DNA of 62,326 nt from an uncultured Spongiibacteraceae bacterium (GTDB taxonomy: Bacteria; Pseudomonadota; Gammaproteobacteria; Pseudomonadales; Dasaniaceae): positions 1 to 62,326 of the forward strand of contig CAYNZI010000001.1 in the NCBI GenBank assembly GCA_964401565.1, written 5' to 3'. The notes below the pieces were generated by a model. The model was given only the letters and a program-made list of their open reading frames with translations. It was not told the DNA's origin and searched no databases. This document shows positions 1 through 9,385 of this stretch, piece after piece. The first letter of the stretch is position 1, and every line of letters starts with the position of its first letter. Position numbers and translations under genes: made by a program.

Positions 1-273
1 AAGACAGTTTGGTGGCTGCTGGTGTCTTTGTCCGGTCAACTTGGTAGCACTAATCGAATTACTAAGCTGCCTACGCAGAGCTATCTGAAGCAGCTTCTAG
101 CTAGTGGTGAAAACGATACCATTAAAGGTTTGGTGGGTTCGACGCCTAGCCTGACATCTCACTTCGAGTCGATACTTCATATTCATACTGAGTGGCCTGC
201 TGCGATGAAGCTGATCGATGGCTTGCAGAAAGCCGTCTTTGGTGAGCGTCTAATTAGTGAAACGTGGGGTTAG
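1..273 (+). CDS. C-terminal part of the ParB-like (BisD-like) protein that starts at 61214
   Basis: Frame 1 is open from base 1 (KTVWWLLVSLSGQ...) and in frame with ...DARQ at 62293 after circularisation. Confidence 0.8.
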   Translation, partial: KTVWWLLVSLSGQLGSTNRITKLPTQSYLKQLLASGENDTIKGLVGSTPSLTSHFESILHIHTEWPAAMKLIDGLQKAVFGERLISETWG

Positions 274-275
274 CT

Positions 276-851
276 ATGAACGCAGAGAGTCACATTCAGC
301 AAGCCAGTCTATCAGTTCTTTTGTCTTTATCGGATGTAGAGCCAAGCAACTCGGTTCAATTAAGCGGGTCGGTATCTCAGATGGCGGTACTACTCGGGCA
401 ATCATTTAAACCTGGGATACTCCCAATGCTGGCCGAACGGTCGCAGCACTTTTTGAAGTTCTCTCTTGACGTTGATGCGCTGAGCGAGCAATTGGATGAG
501 CTTACCGAGGCCTATCAGTCGCAGCAAGACGTGAAGCGTTTAAAGGATATTCGCTTTCGGCTGATGGTCGCTGATGCGCCTTTCCCTATGATGTCCTCTT
601 TGCTGCAAATGACTCAGAGCGCATTTACTCAGTGGCGAAAAGATAATGAGTTGAGTACCACTAATGCAGTAGGCGGTAAATTAAAGAAGCTGTCTGAAGC
701 TGAAGACAGCACTTTGAATAAGGTTATGGTAGCCCTGAATAAATCACAAAGACGCTGGTTGGCTGGGGAGATGTTCTTGCAGGCCCATAGCATGACCGGC
801 ATTTCTGTCCGTCATATCTGGCGTTATGCTTGCGAAAAAGGAGTCGTGTAA
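276..851 (+). CDS. DUF2857-family (BisC-like) regulator
   Basis: Follows the ParB-like gene; RLMVADAPFPMMSSLLQMTQSAFTQWRK resembles the DUF2857 HTH segment; synteny with PFGI-1/ICEclc core. Confidence 0.7.
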   Translation: MNAESHIQQASLSVLLSLSDVEPSNSVQLSGSVSQMAVLLGQSFKPGILPMLAERSQHFLKFSLDVDALSEQLDELTEAYQSQQDVKRLKDIRFRLMVADAPFPMMSSLLQMTQSAFTQWRKDNELSTTNAVGGKLKKLSEAEDSTLNKVMVALNKSQRRWLAGEMFLQAHSMTGISVRHIWRYACEKGVV

Positions 852-856
852 TGTCT

Positions 857-1129
857 TCAAATTTGAGTGTTGAATTCGCTGCTGGTGAGTTTCAACTCTC
901 TGCGATTGCAGTGGGCTCGGCGGCGAGCTTTTCTATCTGCCACAACAATGCCGTGATCCTCCAATACTCGAAGGTGTCGATTTAGGGTCATGTTCGATAT
1001 GTTGAGGTTGGTGCAAATATCCTTTTGGGTTGAATTCCCAGATCGTATTTGAGCCAGTATTTCGATGCCTGAATTCCCAAGACATTTAGCTAAAACTTGG
1101 GTCAATTTTATAGTAGAGTTAGGCGACAT
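857..1129 (-). CDS. Winged-helix (ArsR/MarR-like) transcriptional regulator
   Basis: TQKDICTNLNISNMTLNRHLRVLEDHGIV wHTH pattern; divergent from the InrR-like gene. Confidence 0.75.
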   Translation of the reverse strand: MSPNSTIKLTQVLAKCLGNSGIEILAQIRSGNSTQKDICTNLNISNMTLNRHLRVLEDHGIVVADRKARRRAHCNRRELKLTSSEFNTQI

Positions 1130-1208
1130 TAGTTACCTCATATTTTGTTGTAAGTGAAGGCGCGGTTTTAGTATAAACATTATTTGTTATAAGTAAACGG
1201 AGTTCATT

Positions 1209-1928
1209 ATGGTTGTTAAGAAGAAGCGGGAAAATACCTCACTCAAATCTGAAACAAAGATTACATTCCGATCTCACCAAATTATCAATATGGTGAAGGG
1301 CAGAAAGAAGGCAGCTGGAGTTGAGCCAATCACTGGTTTGATCACATTTGGCGGTTTGGTGCGTCAAGTCTTCCAGCAAGCGAAAGCGGATAATCCTTAT
1401 GCAGACTTCTATTTGCTGATGTGTGAAGAGCGTATCCAAGCCGTGCGTGAATTCATTCAAAGAGAAACGGTTGAGATTGATGCGAAGTTAATGAGCAACA
1501 AATTTTTACAATTCAATGAGGTGCATGTTGATGATCCGTTCATTCTTGATGCGTCATTCGCCACTCCGTATGCCTACCAAGTTGCGTACTTGATGCTGGC
1601 CGCGGATGACCTGATTTGTAAATTGCTGCAAGCGACCCATGTTGCCATGATTCCTAAAAGTGAATCTGGTGATAAAATTCGTGGAGTGAGTAAGCGTCTT
1701 CGAGGGCTATTTGCGTCATTCAATAGTTGGAAGCTGGTTGTTGTTACCAGGGATGATATGAAACTCGGCAATAAGCGAGCGGAGCGAGCGATTGAAACCT
1801 TCGGTTCTATGAAACTACCTGAGGCAGTTCTTAGTGGCGAGTTGCGTGGTGACTATGCACCAGACATTAAGGTTAATGAAACTGAGGTTGTGACTGTTAG
1901 TGCGACCGAAGAAGCGGTAGTTGTATGA
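1209..1928 (+). CDS. PFL_4669/DUF1845-family (InrR/AcaB-like) protein
   Basis: ADNPYADFYL, FATPYAY, VTRDD and RGDYAP motifs typical of the family. Confidence 0.85.
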   Translation: MVVKKKRENTSLKSETKITFRSHQIINMVKGRKKAAGVEPITGLITFGGLVRQVFQQAKADNPYADFYLLMCEERIQAVREFIQRETVEIDAKLMSNKFLQFNEVHVDDPFILDASFATPYAYQVAYLMLAADDLICKLLQATHVAMIPKSESGDKIRGVSKRLRGLFASFNSWKLVVVTRDDMKLGNKRAERAIETFGSMKLPEAVLSGELRGDYAPDIKVNETEVVTVSATEEAVVV

Positions 1929-2012
1929 TCACAGTGGTAGCGTTTAGCATGATCACGGCGCGAGATGACAAAGGGCCTTTAAAGGATAAGGGCAAGGCGG
2001 TGGGGTTTTTAG

Positions 2013-2465
2013 ATGGATCTTTTTGATGGGGTACCCTTGTCCGATGCCATTGCATTGAAGCGAGCTATCAGCAAATTGGATTCTCAGTTGCGAGAAGTGC
2101 GAGGCGAGATGGAGATTCTGACTGAAGAGTTCAAGAGCCGTCACAGGCCACCATTTGTTTTGTATCCGTCTATTAGGAAAAACAAAGGGGCGAGGACTTC
2201 ACTTCAAATCACTTGGAGGAAATCTCAGCCTCAGGCTTCTTACATTCGGTTGTATAATTCTGATGGAGTGATAAGGGATGATTTGGTTGGTGAGATCTCT
2301 TCTGCTCTTCTTGGTGAGTTGGTTGATCTTGATTTTAAGATGATTGGCTTGAATCAAAATTATGCTTTTACTGAACGAGTTCTTGATCAGTTCAAAGAAA
2401 CTCAGCGTAGATTGTTGGCTCACGGCGAGTTCGTAATCAAAACGAGCGAAGCTTTAACTACATAG
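2013..2465 (+). CDS. DUF3158-like ICE core protein
   Basis: Position between InrR-like gene and ssb; LQITWRK and IGLNQNY segments. Confidence 0.55.
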   Translation: MDLFDGVPLSDAIALKRAISKLDSQLREVRGEMEILTEEFKSRHRPPFVLYPSIRKNKGARTSLQITWRKSQPQASYIRLYNSDGVIRDDLVGEISSALLGELVDLDFKMIGLNQNYAFTERVLDQFKETQRRLLAHGEFVIKTSEALTT

Positions 2466-2771
2466 TTCATTTATCATTTGTTGGGTTTCTGTATCGAGAC
2501 CCTAATTCACCACCACTCAGTTGGTAGTATAAATTCGTTATTGGTACCGGATCAGATTCCAGTCTTCGGTCGGCAGATTATCGCGGCGGCGGTATCGTTG
2601 ATTATGACTTTTGGACGGGCGAGTCGGTTTGCTCAATTTTGGCATCAAGGGCGGTCTGCGGATTTGGTTGAGTTGTTACCCAATGGTGGTATTGGGTAAG
2701 GATGGTTTTTGTGCCAGCTCTGCTGTAAGATTTTCAGTTCGACTCTCTAAATATTTATTGGAAGGAATCTT

Positions 2772-3242
2772 ATGAGTGCAGTAGTTAATTTAGTAGGTAA
2801 CATTCTTGCAGACCCCGTCCTTCGTCGCGATGGCCCTAAGACCATGTTCTCTTGTCGTGTGATGGTTGATCGTTATAGGCAGGGTGCAGACGGCAAGCCG
2901 GAAGAACTTGAAGGCTACGCGCAGAGTGTTGCGTTTGTTGGTGAGAAGGCCGAGGTCTATTTTGGTATTTTTAAGAAGGGTCATCGTGTTCGTCTTCAGG
3001 GCAATCAAATTATCGGCAAGCCATTCCAGCGCGAAGACAGTACGGTTACAACTCAGTTTGATGTCTATGCTGACTACATTGATCTAGTGATTAACGCATC
3101 AATTCAGTCTGTTGTTCGTCATAAAGATTTAGCCGGTGCGGGCGCAGGTTTTGCTCCAACTGGCAGTGCGGTCGGTGAATTCCCCGCTCAGCAGTCTGAG
3201 ACTCCAGTTCAGGCAGCAGCTCCTAACTCTCAAGAGGAATAA
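2772..3242 (+). CDS. ssb: Single-stranded DNA-binding protein
   Basis: VNLVGNILADP, FKKGHRVRLQG, DVYADYI OB-fold motifs; RBS gaagga. Confidence 0.85.
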   Translation: MSAVVNLVGNILADPVLRRDGPKTMFSCRVMVDRYRQGADGKPEELEGYAQSVAFVGEKAEVYFGIFKKGHRVRLQGNQIIGKPFQREDSTVTTQFDVYADYIDLVINASIQSVVRHKDLAGAGAGFAPTGSAVGEFPAQQSETPVQAAAPNSQEE

Positions 3243-3247
3243 TTACT

Positions 3248-3493
3248 ATGGCCACAATCGTTCCGTTCACTCCATTTTCTGCTCCAGTCCATTCATTAGT
3301 TAATCACTCCGATCACGGAGTGGTTGAGGTTTTGGATCGGCGGGGCGATGAACGTCAAATCGAAGCTGTTATTTATGACGCCATTGGTGAGTGCCAGGGC
3401 GCTGAATTGATTTGGGTGCGAGCTGATAGCTTGGTACCAGTACGCGATCACATCAATATCACTGGCGTTGAATTATTTCATTCTAGCGCTTGA
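3248..3493 (+). CDS. Hypothetical protein (possible SH3-like beta fold)
   Basis: ATG 5 nt after ssb stop with RBS gagga. Confidence 0.6.
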   Translation: MATIVPFTPFSAPVHSLVNHSDHGVVEVLDRRGDERQIEAVIYDAIGECQGAELIWVRADSLVPVRDHINITGVELFHSSA

Positions 3494-3692
3494 CTCTGTT
3501 GCAGTTATGTCTTTAAATCATATATGAGTGCTGATCTTTTTAGATCACACCTTTAAACGCTCCTAAGGACAGTCTTCTGACTGAGTGTTGTAAGTCCTTC
3601 ATTTTTACTAAACCCACTGGGATACTTTATCCCTTTGGGGTGTTGTATTCCCAGCTTGGTTATTTTTAATAATCCTTCAAGGGAATACCACT

Positions 3693-4223
3693 ATGACTAC
3701 TCAAACTGCTTCTAATACTCCTGCTGTTTACTTCGACCTGATTACCTCTGGTATCGGTTACGTTAATCGTCCTCGTTTTGTGTCTGTGCAAAAAGGCGAT
3801 GCTTATCTTGCTGTCACAATTTCTGCTCTTCGCGGAAAAGCTGGCGACAAGGATTACACTAAAATCGACTGTCGAATTGTTGGCAGTCAAGCCATTGAAT
3901 TGTTTTCTGATGCCGATCTAATGACTCGGATGAATGTTGAAAACGCTAGAATTCTTATTGGCTTTGAAATTGGCGATATTGACTCTACGCACTTTGTTTC
4001 TTCTTACGAGGAAAACAAAGGGCAGACAATTAGCCTTTGTAAAGGTCGCCTGTTGAAGGTGAAATTTATGAAAATCAATGGTGAGTTTATTCAACACGCG
4101 AACCTTCCAGTTCGTGAAGAGAGTGAATCTGCTCCGGCACAAGAATCTGCGCCAGCGCAAGAACCTGCTTCGCAGGCTCCTGTAGTTAAGCAAGATCTTG
4201 TTGCTCAGCAAGCTTCAGTTTGA
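3693..4223 (+). CDS. DUF3577/STY4534-family ICE protein
   Basis: YFDLITSGIGYVNR, YTKIDCRIVG, KGRLLKVKFMKING hallmark motifs. Confidence 0.9.
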   Translation: MTTQTASNTPAVYFDLITSGIGYVNRPRFVSVQKGDAYLAVTISALRGKAGDKDYTKIDCRIVGSQAIELFSDADLMTRMNVENARILIGFEIGDIDSTHFVSSYEENKGQTISLCKGRLLKVKFMKINGEFIQHANLPVREESESAPAQESAPAQEPASQAPVVKQDLVAQQASV

Positions 4224-4452
4224 ACCTACCCCTGTGATTTCGCAGGAGTCAGTTTGGCAGCCAAGCACTCCGGTTAAATTGGAGCCCATTGTTTTAAATA
4301 CCACAGATGAGACTTTTCTTAGCGATATGGGCAACCTACAACGCAACGGATATTCTTTCACTCCTGGTAAGGAAGCTGACACTCTAGTTGGCACTCCGCC
4401 GGAAGTTGAACAATCTGTTCCACCTACCCTTTTGGGTAGGTGTGTTCTTTAA
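4198..4452 (+). pseudogene. Probable +1-frameshifted C-terminal part of the DUF3577 protein
   Basis: Removing one T at GTT TGA A (4218-4224) fuses the frames; the Pro/Gln/Glu linker composition continues. Confidence 0.4.
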
Positions 4453-4524
4453 GCGTTTTCTTACGAGAATTTTTAAAGAACACTCGCTGATTTATCAGCA
4501 CCTTTTGCTCTTTGAGCAACCTTT
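4421..4524. repeat. Twin-hairpin module, copy 1 of 6
   Basis: cacctaccc-tttt-gggtaggtg, then gtgttctttaa...ttaaagaacac, then gctga-ttta-tcagc accttt. Confidence 0.75.
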
Positions 4525-4708
4525 ATGTCATTAATGAATAGAAGAGTTTGTGTACTCTTTGTGGCTAATACTTCGGTATTTATTCAACTTTTTTATGCAA
4601 TGATTTTTATTTTCTTACGAATTTATTGATCATTATTTTCAAACCCCTCGGGAACACTTGTCCCCGTTTGGTGGCTTTGTGTTTTCTTTTTACTACTGGA
4701 GAACTCGC

Positions 4709-4813
4709 ATGGCTATTATCTGTCAAGCTACTTTTAATGTTGTTACTAATGTAAAACTTGTTTGTGTAATGATTTTTGTTAGCCAAGTAATTGCTATAGC
4801 TGCAATTTCATAA
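4709..4813 (+). CDS. 34-aa hydrophobic peptide MAIICQATFNVVTNVKLVCVMIFVSQVIAIAAIS
   Basis: RBS ggaga at 4698-4702; preceded by a hairpin leader; not in ORF track. Confidence 0.4.
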   Translation: MAIICQATFNVVTNVKLVCVMIFVSQVIAIAAIS

Positions 4814-4910
4814 CACAGTTTTTGGTATCCCTTCGCGGGGGATATCCTTATTTATCTTTTTGTTAAGGATGAATAAGGATATCCCCCGCAACTTAAGAAG
4901 GAATACCATT

Positions 4911-5000
4911 ATGTTTTACTCAATAGCTAACTGCCTGACCCCACGCATGTTGTGCTTCTATGCCATGTTCACTGTAGCTTTATGCATTGTTTCTGGTTAA
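4911..5000 (+). CDS. 29-aa hydrophobic peptide MFYSIANCLTPRMLCFYAMFTVALCIVSG
   Basis: RBS gaagga paired within long hairpin 4824-4907; terminator-like hairpin 5014-5052 follows. Confidence 0.45.
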   Translation: MFYSIANCLTPRMLCFYAMFTVALCIVSG

Positions 5001-5051
5001 AGAATGGCACTTCAGAAAAGCGGCTCATACCTAACGGATTGAGTCGTTTTC

Positions 5052-5113
5052 CACCCCTCCTCTCGGAGGGTGCCTTTCTATACGATTAAGTGATTGATCG
5101 AATAGAAAGGCAT
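5052..5113. repeat. Twin-hairpin module, copy 2
   Basis: cacccctcc-tctc-ggagggtg, then tgcctttctat...atagaaaggca. Confidence 0.7.
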
Positions 5114-5489
5114 TAGCCTTTTTTCGACACACCAGAAGCGTTGTTACTGGTCAAACAATTAGACGCCCTTTGTGCGGGTAAGACCGTGCTTTAGCTCTTT
5201 ACGAGTGTTTTCCTTTATTCAGGAAAAGGGTACCTGATCTATGATGTTTAATTTGAGCCCGTGCTAGGCGAGACTGGTCTTGAGTGATGTCATAACCCTA
5301 CATTTGATTATGCTCAGCCGCTTCTCTGGCTAGTAACCGCTTCGGCGCTACACCAACCCCGCTTAACACTCGGGGCATTACACCCATTCTCTTGGTTACT
5401 CACTCCTAATACCCATTAACTATCGTTGGGTAAGAGTTCGTTTTATGTCCTTTAGAGGGTATTATACGCGCCAATACTAATTACATAGA

Positions 5490-6272
5490 TTGTTAGATGC
5501 ATGTATGGAATACCTTAAACTTTACTTCAAGTTTGTTTTGCCTCTCGCACCAATTCTGTGCGCACTCTCCAGTCCAGCCTTTTCGGCTGATGACGAGTAT
5601 TTAGAGTGGGTGGAAGGTAACGGCCTTTCCTTATACCCATCCACTGCCACCAAATCTCAAAAAGACCCGTTGACCTCAGTGGTGGATATCACCTTTGGTT
5701 CAAATGTGTCTTCAGTCGGTAAGGCCATTGATATATTGTTGATGCCGACCGGCTACCGCCTGCCGAATGAGTTTGCCGCAGATCCTTTTATGAAGCGGTT
5801 GCTGAAACGGCCACTGCCTAAGGCATTTCAGAAAATTGGGCCAGTACCTGTTTATGTGGCGCTCGATGCGTTAGCCGGTGATGAGTTTGTTCTCGTTACT
5901 GATGACCTTCATTCTCTTGTCGGCTTTGATCTATTGCCAAACTATCGTCGGCGCTACGCCAGCAACTCACCTTATTCATTTGTACCTGAAAGTTATAACT
6001 CCCCGCCGAATATTGAACAGGTTTGGTTTATTCGTGAAGGCGAGAAGTTTAGTGACGGTATGAAACGCTGGGCAAAGTCCATTGGCTGGACGTTGCGCTG
6101 GAATGACCTCGCTGAAAAGGATGATATTTTGCTCGATGTAAATTATCGAGTCACGGGTTCATTTTATGGTGCGGTAGCTGAGGCTATGTCTCATTTTGAA
6201 CTGCATGGCGAATCAGTGAATTATCACTTTCTTGAAAACGTAAATGTTTTATTTGTAACCACAACGGATTGA
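5490..6272 (+). CDS. PilL-like MPF_G protein with C-terminal TcpQ-like domain
   Basis: Signal peptide; QKDPL, GYRL, RPLP..KIGP motifs; WFIREGE..MKRWAKSIGWTLRW TcpQ-like; first gene of the T4SS operon. Confidence 0.8.
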   Translation: MLDACMEYLKLYFKFVLPLAPILCALSSPAFSADDEYLEWVEGNGLSLYPSTATKSQKDPLTSVVDITFGSNVSSVGKAIDILLMPTGYRLPNEFAADPFMKRLLKRPLPKAFQKIGPVPVYVALDALAGDEFVLVTDDLHSLVGFDLLPNYRRRYASNSPYSFVPESYNSPPNIEQVWFIREGEKFSDGMKRWAKSIGWTLRWNDLAEKDDILLDVNYRVTGSFYGAVAEAMSHFELHGESVNYHFLENVNVLFVTTTD

Positions 6273-6276
6273 TATT

Positions 6277-7320
6277 ATGACTGATGATAAAGCAGCTCCA
6301 GCCCCAGTGGTTGCATCAACTGGAGTTTTACAGGAAGTACCAAAGCAACCTGCACCAACTCTTATTCTGGGCGGCATGATTACGATAATTATGGTCGTGG
6401 CAGTGATAGCGTTGTGGGCTGCGGAGATTGGGCCGTTTGAGCCAGCAGTCGCTGTTGGAGATCCTACTGGCAATGATATTGGCGGCGCTTTTTCAGGTGA
6501 TGCAGTAAAGGTCAATAGTGTGAAGCCCGCGCCTAAGAAGAGTGCGAGTTATCAAGAATTTAAACTTGATGGCGCCACACCTGTTCCGGCATTAATCCCT
6601 GCGGTTCCGGTATCAGGCCCTGATATTCCAGTAAGTGCAGGATTGAGTCCGGCTTTAGCGGCTGCCCTTTCAGGGATTAGTGGACAAATTTCTGGAATCG
6701 ATAACGAGGTTAAGAATCTTCGTCGTGATACAAGAACGCGCTTTGATCGTGTTGATACTCGATTAATGTATCAGAAGAGACGACTGATTGCAATGGAGGA
6801 AAATTACGAGCTGATGGTTGAACGTCTTAATGTTATGGAACAGCATCAGGCGCAAATGCAATCCGAGTTACTGACCGGACTTTCTTTTGGTAAGAAAGAA
6901 GAATCTGCGATGGTTAAGGTTTTACCTACCCAGGTCGAGTTAGTTCGCCCTGTTAATTTCAATGAAATACCTAATGATGTGATCGCAGCTATTCGTCAGG
7001 TCGTTCTTGAAGAATTAAAAAGCTCCGGTCATCTGAAAATAACCAGTGGTTACGCAGTTAATTCAGTTGCTGAAATTGCTCCATCCAATCCTATTAATGC
7101 AATTGCCTCGGTCGATCCGCTCGTTCCATTTGAATTGATTTCTGTTGAAGCTTGGGACAATGAAGATATGGCTGTCATTTCTCTTTCTGGCAGGGTCGCC
7201 ACACTGGCTCTTCATCAGGTACGAATGAACTACCGGCTGGTGCTTGTAAGTCGTGCATCAGGCACCGCTCAGTTTTTGAATCTTAAAACAAAGCGATTAG
7301 TTACTCTGAAAATTTCCTAA
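6277..7320 (+). CDS. Membrane-anchored coiled-coil MPF_G protein
   Basis: N-terminal TM, coiled coil, C-terminal PFELISVEAW motif; synteny. Confidence 0.65.
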   Translation: MTDDKAAPAPVVASTGVLQEVPKQPAPTLILGGMITIIMVVAVIALWAAEIGPFEPAVAVGDPTGNDIGGAFSGDAVKVNSVKPAPKKSASYQEFKLDGATPVPALIPAVPVSGPDIPVSAGLSPALAAALSGISGQISGIDNEVKNLRRDTRTRFDRVDTRLMYQKRRLIAMEENYELMVERLNVMEQHQAQMQSELLTGLSFGKKEESAMVKVLPTQVELVRPVNFNEIPNDVIAAIRQVVLEELKSSGHLKITSGYAVNSVAEIAPSNPINAIASVDPLVPFELISVEAWDNEDMAVISLSGRVATLALHQVRMNYRLVLVSRASGTAQFLNLKTKRLVTLKIS

Positions 7321-7332
7321 TTGGAGTTATCT

Positions 7333-7584
7333 ATGCGTTTTTATTATGTGATTGTGTTCGTTTCAGTGCTGGGTGGTTGTGCCAGTACGTCTAGTGGCAG
7401 GAGTGTGGAGATTGCTCCTGTTGTGTTTAATGATTGTCAGCTGGTTCAGAGAGATTTGACTTCACCTATGCGGGCGGGTGGGTATTGGTGCAAAGATTCG
7501 CACTTTATCAAACGCAACGGCATGAAGCATGTTCAAATCAACAATGATGGTCTCCTTAGGGAGTCTGCGCCCGTTACGGAGTAG
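7333..7584 (+). CDS. Small lipoprotein
   Basis: Lipobox LGGC; RBS ggag. Confidence 0.6.
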   Translation: MRFYYVIVFVSVLGGCASTSSGRSVEIAPVVFNDCQLVQRDLTSPMRAGGYWCKDSHFIKRNGMKHVQINNDGLLRESAPVTE

Positions 7585-7586
7585 TT

Positions 7587-8336
7587 ATGCGTTTAGTTCT
7601 AGTTTTGTTGTGTGCATTAGCTGGATCAGCTGTTGCAGACACTGAAGTTTTTGATGAGGTTGTTAAAACCCAGTTTACCGATTCTGAGTTGAACCAGAGG
7701 TTTAGTGTCACTCGAATCGAGTGGGAGCATTATAATGAACTCATGCTCGGAATGGCAGGCTACTGGTATAAAGACATTCCTCCATTAGAGGTTTTACTCA
7801 TTTATGCGCGTACCGATTCTGAACGGATGAACTTTGCCGAGCGTGTAGTGCTGGCTGAGGATGACAAGCTTGAGCGGGAGTTTGCTGGGCAAGCCGCAAT
7901 AATCGCCGCTAAGAAAAAATTGTTCCCAGGCAAAAAGCCGATTGATATTGCAAAGCTTCAACTGGCAGTAAATAAATCTGTTCGCCACTCGCCAGTATTA
8001 AGGCTTAAATCTAATAGTCGAATTGTTGCGCTTGTTCGCAATAGTGGTACCGCGTCCAACGCTCTTTCAAAGCTTATTAAAAAGCAATCATCTAAAAATT
8101 CAGCCTCTTCTTTGGATATATATTTCTCGCCTAATTTCGACACCACCTCAATCCGCGTTTGGGCTGAATCAAATTCAGTTCCCGTAAATCTTGTTGCAAG
8201 CAACAAGATTTCTCTCAACTTATATGATGCCTCTGTAATTCAGTCGGTTACGTCTGCGGGTATTAGTCGCTCCGGTATTTATCACTCAGACGGATCTGGT
8301 GTATTAGGTTTTAGGCCTTATACAGCAGCACGGTAG
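7587..8336 (+). CDS. TIGR03759-family ICE protein
   Basis: EWEHYNELMLG..GYW..PLEVL..ARTDSER; IRVWA..ISLN. Confidence 0.85.
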   Translation: MRLVLVLLCALAGSAVADTEVFDEVVKTQFTDSELNQRFSVTRIEWEHYNELMLGMAGYWYKDIPPLEVLLIYARTDSERMNFAERVVLAEDDKLEREFAGQAAIIAAKKKLFPGKKPIDIAKLQLAVNKSVRHSPVLRLKSNSRIVALVRNSGTASNALSKLIKKQSSKNSASSLDIYFSPNFDTTSIRVWAESNSVPVNLVASNKISLNLYDASVIQSVTSAGISRSGIYHSDGSGVLGFRPYTAAR

Positions 8337-8343
8337 GGGTTTT

Positions 8344-8862
8344 ATGCGCTCCACTATTCTACTTTTGTGTTTGGCTTCTTGTAGCGCTTTGGCATCCGAC
8401 TGGATGCCAAAGGAGTTTCGGGTTGCATCTATAAAGCACAATATTCCTGCGTCAATACTCTGGTCTTTGGCTCTTCAGGAGTCTCGACGTAAAGATGAGT
8501 TTGGCGTCTACAAGCCTTGGCCTTGGACTGTCAATCACGCAGGCGTAGGGATGTTTTTTTCTACTAAAGAAGAGGCTGTAGCGTTTGTAGAAAAGAAGCT
8601 TGCGTCAGGCGCTAAACCTATTTCTCTTGATCTGGGAATGTGCCAGGGAAATCTTCACTATAACTACGACCATATTTATGGTGTCGGAATTGCAGAGTTT
8701 TTTGAGCCCGAGGCCAGTCTTGATTTTGCCGGTGGTAATCTAAGATCTTGCATGGATGGGGGGAGGACTTTGACCGAGTGCATTGGCCGCTACCACAATA
8801 ATCGCGAAGGAATTGCATCAAATTATCGTCGCCGTGTGGGTCTCAGGTTACTAGGGAAATAA
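8344..8862 (+). CDS. Lytic transglycosylase
   Basis: ALQES catalytic Glu, PWPWTVN, DLGMCQ, IGRYH. Confidence 0.92.
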   Translation: MRSTILLLCLASCSALASDWMPKEFRVASIKHNIPASILWSLALQESRRKDEFGVYKPWPWTVNHAGVGMFFSTKEEAVAFVEKKLASGAKPISLDLGMCQGNLHYNYDHIYGVGIAEFFEPEASLDFAGGNLRSCMDGGRTLTECIGRYHNNREGIASNYRRRVGLRLLGK

Positions 8863-8863
8863 A

Positions 8864-9385
8864 ATGAAACTGATTTTGATATTTTGTGTTTTCTTTTCAT
8901 CGTCATCTTTTGCCGTATTAAATGTTTTGCATGACTCGGGTGAGTCTGTGCCAATACGCCCTTTTCTTGATGGGCTTGTGCCAGCCAATATTGATATGGA
9001 TAGCGTTGTTCGTGAGGCTAAAAAAATGTCTCAGTTTAAGTATCAGATAATATCTGGTACAACATACTTTCCTATCGAGACGCCGGAGATGAGTGCGGGT
9101 AAAGTGATTCACCGGAAAATGAATCTACCGACATTTCAGACCCCGCTCTGTTTGATCGGGGATGACAGGTTTTCTTATGAGTGGTTTTCCAATATGTCAG
9201 AGAAGCTGGCTCAGTTTAATACTGTTTGCATGATGGTTGATGTCGCAAACCCTGGGCGAGTTGATCAATTTAGAGCTGTCGCAAATGGCGTTGAAATTAT
9301 TCCAGCTAATGCCTCAGAATTGGCAATTAGATTGCACTTGAATCACTACCCAGTATTGATATCTAAAGGCAGGGTTGAGCAATGA
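8864..9385 (+). CDS. TIGR03765/DUF2859-family ICE protein
   Basis: FPIETPEMSAG, PLCLIGDD, LNHYPVLI. Confidence 0.88.
   Translation: MKLILIFCVFFSSSSFAVLNVLHDSGESVPIRPFLDGLVPANIDMDSVVREAKKMSQFKYQIISGTTYFPIETPEMSAGKVIHRKMNLPTFQTPLCLIGDDRFSYEWFSNMSEKLAQFNTVCMMVDVANPGRVDQFRAVANGVEIIPANASELAIRLHLNHYPVLISKGRVEQ

Noticed and set aside
2478-2699. ORFs 2478-2699 and 56226-56483
   Set aside because: Weak starts; they cross the shared A/B blocks in different order and frames, so conservation is at nucleotide level.
5310-5350. Two GAAGCGG words on the minus strand as a PriA primosome assembly site
   Set aside because: 7-mers alone are too weak and I could not confirm the required fold.
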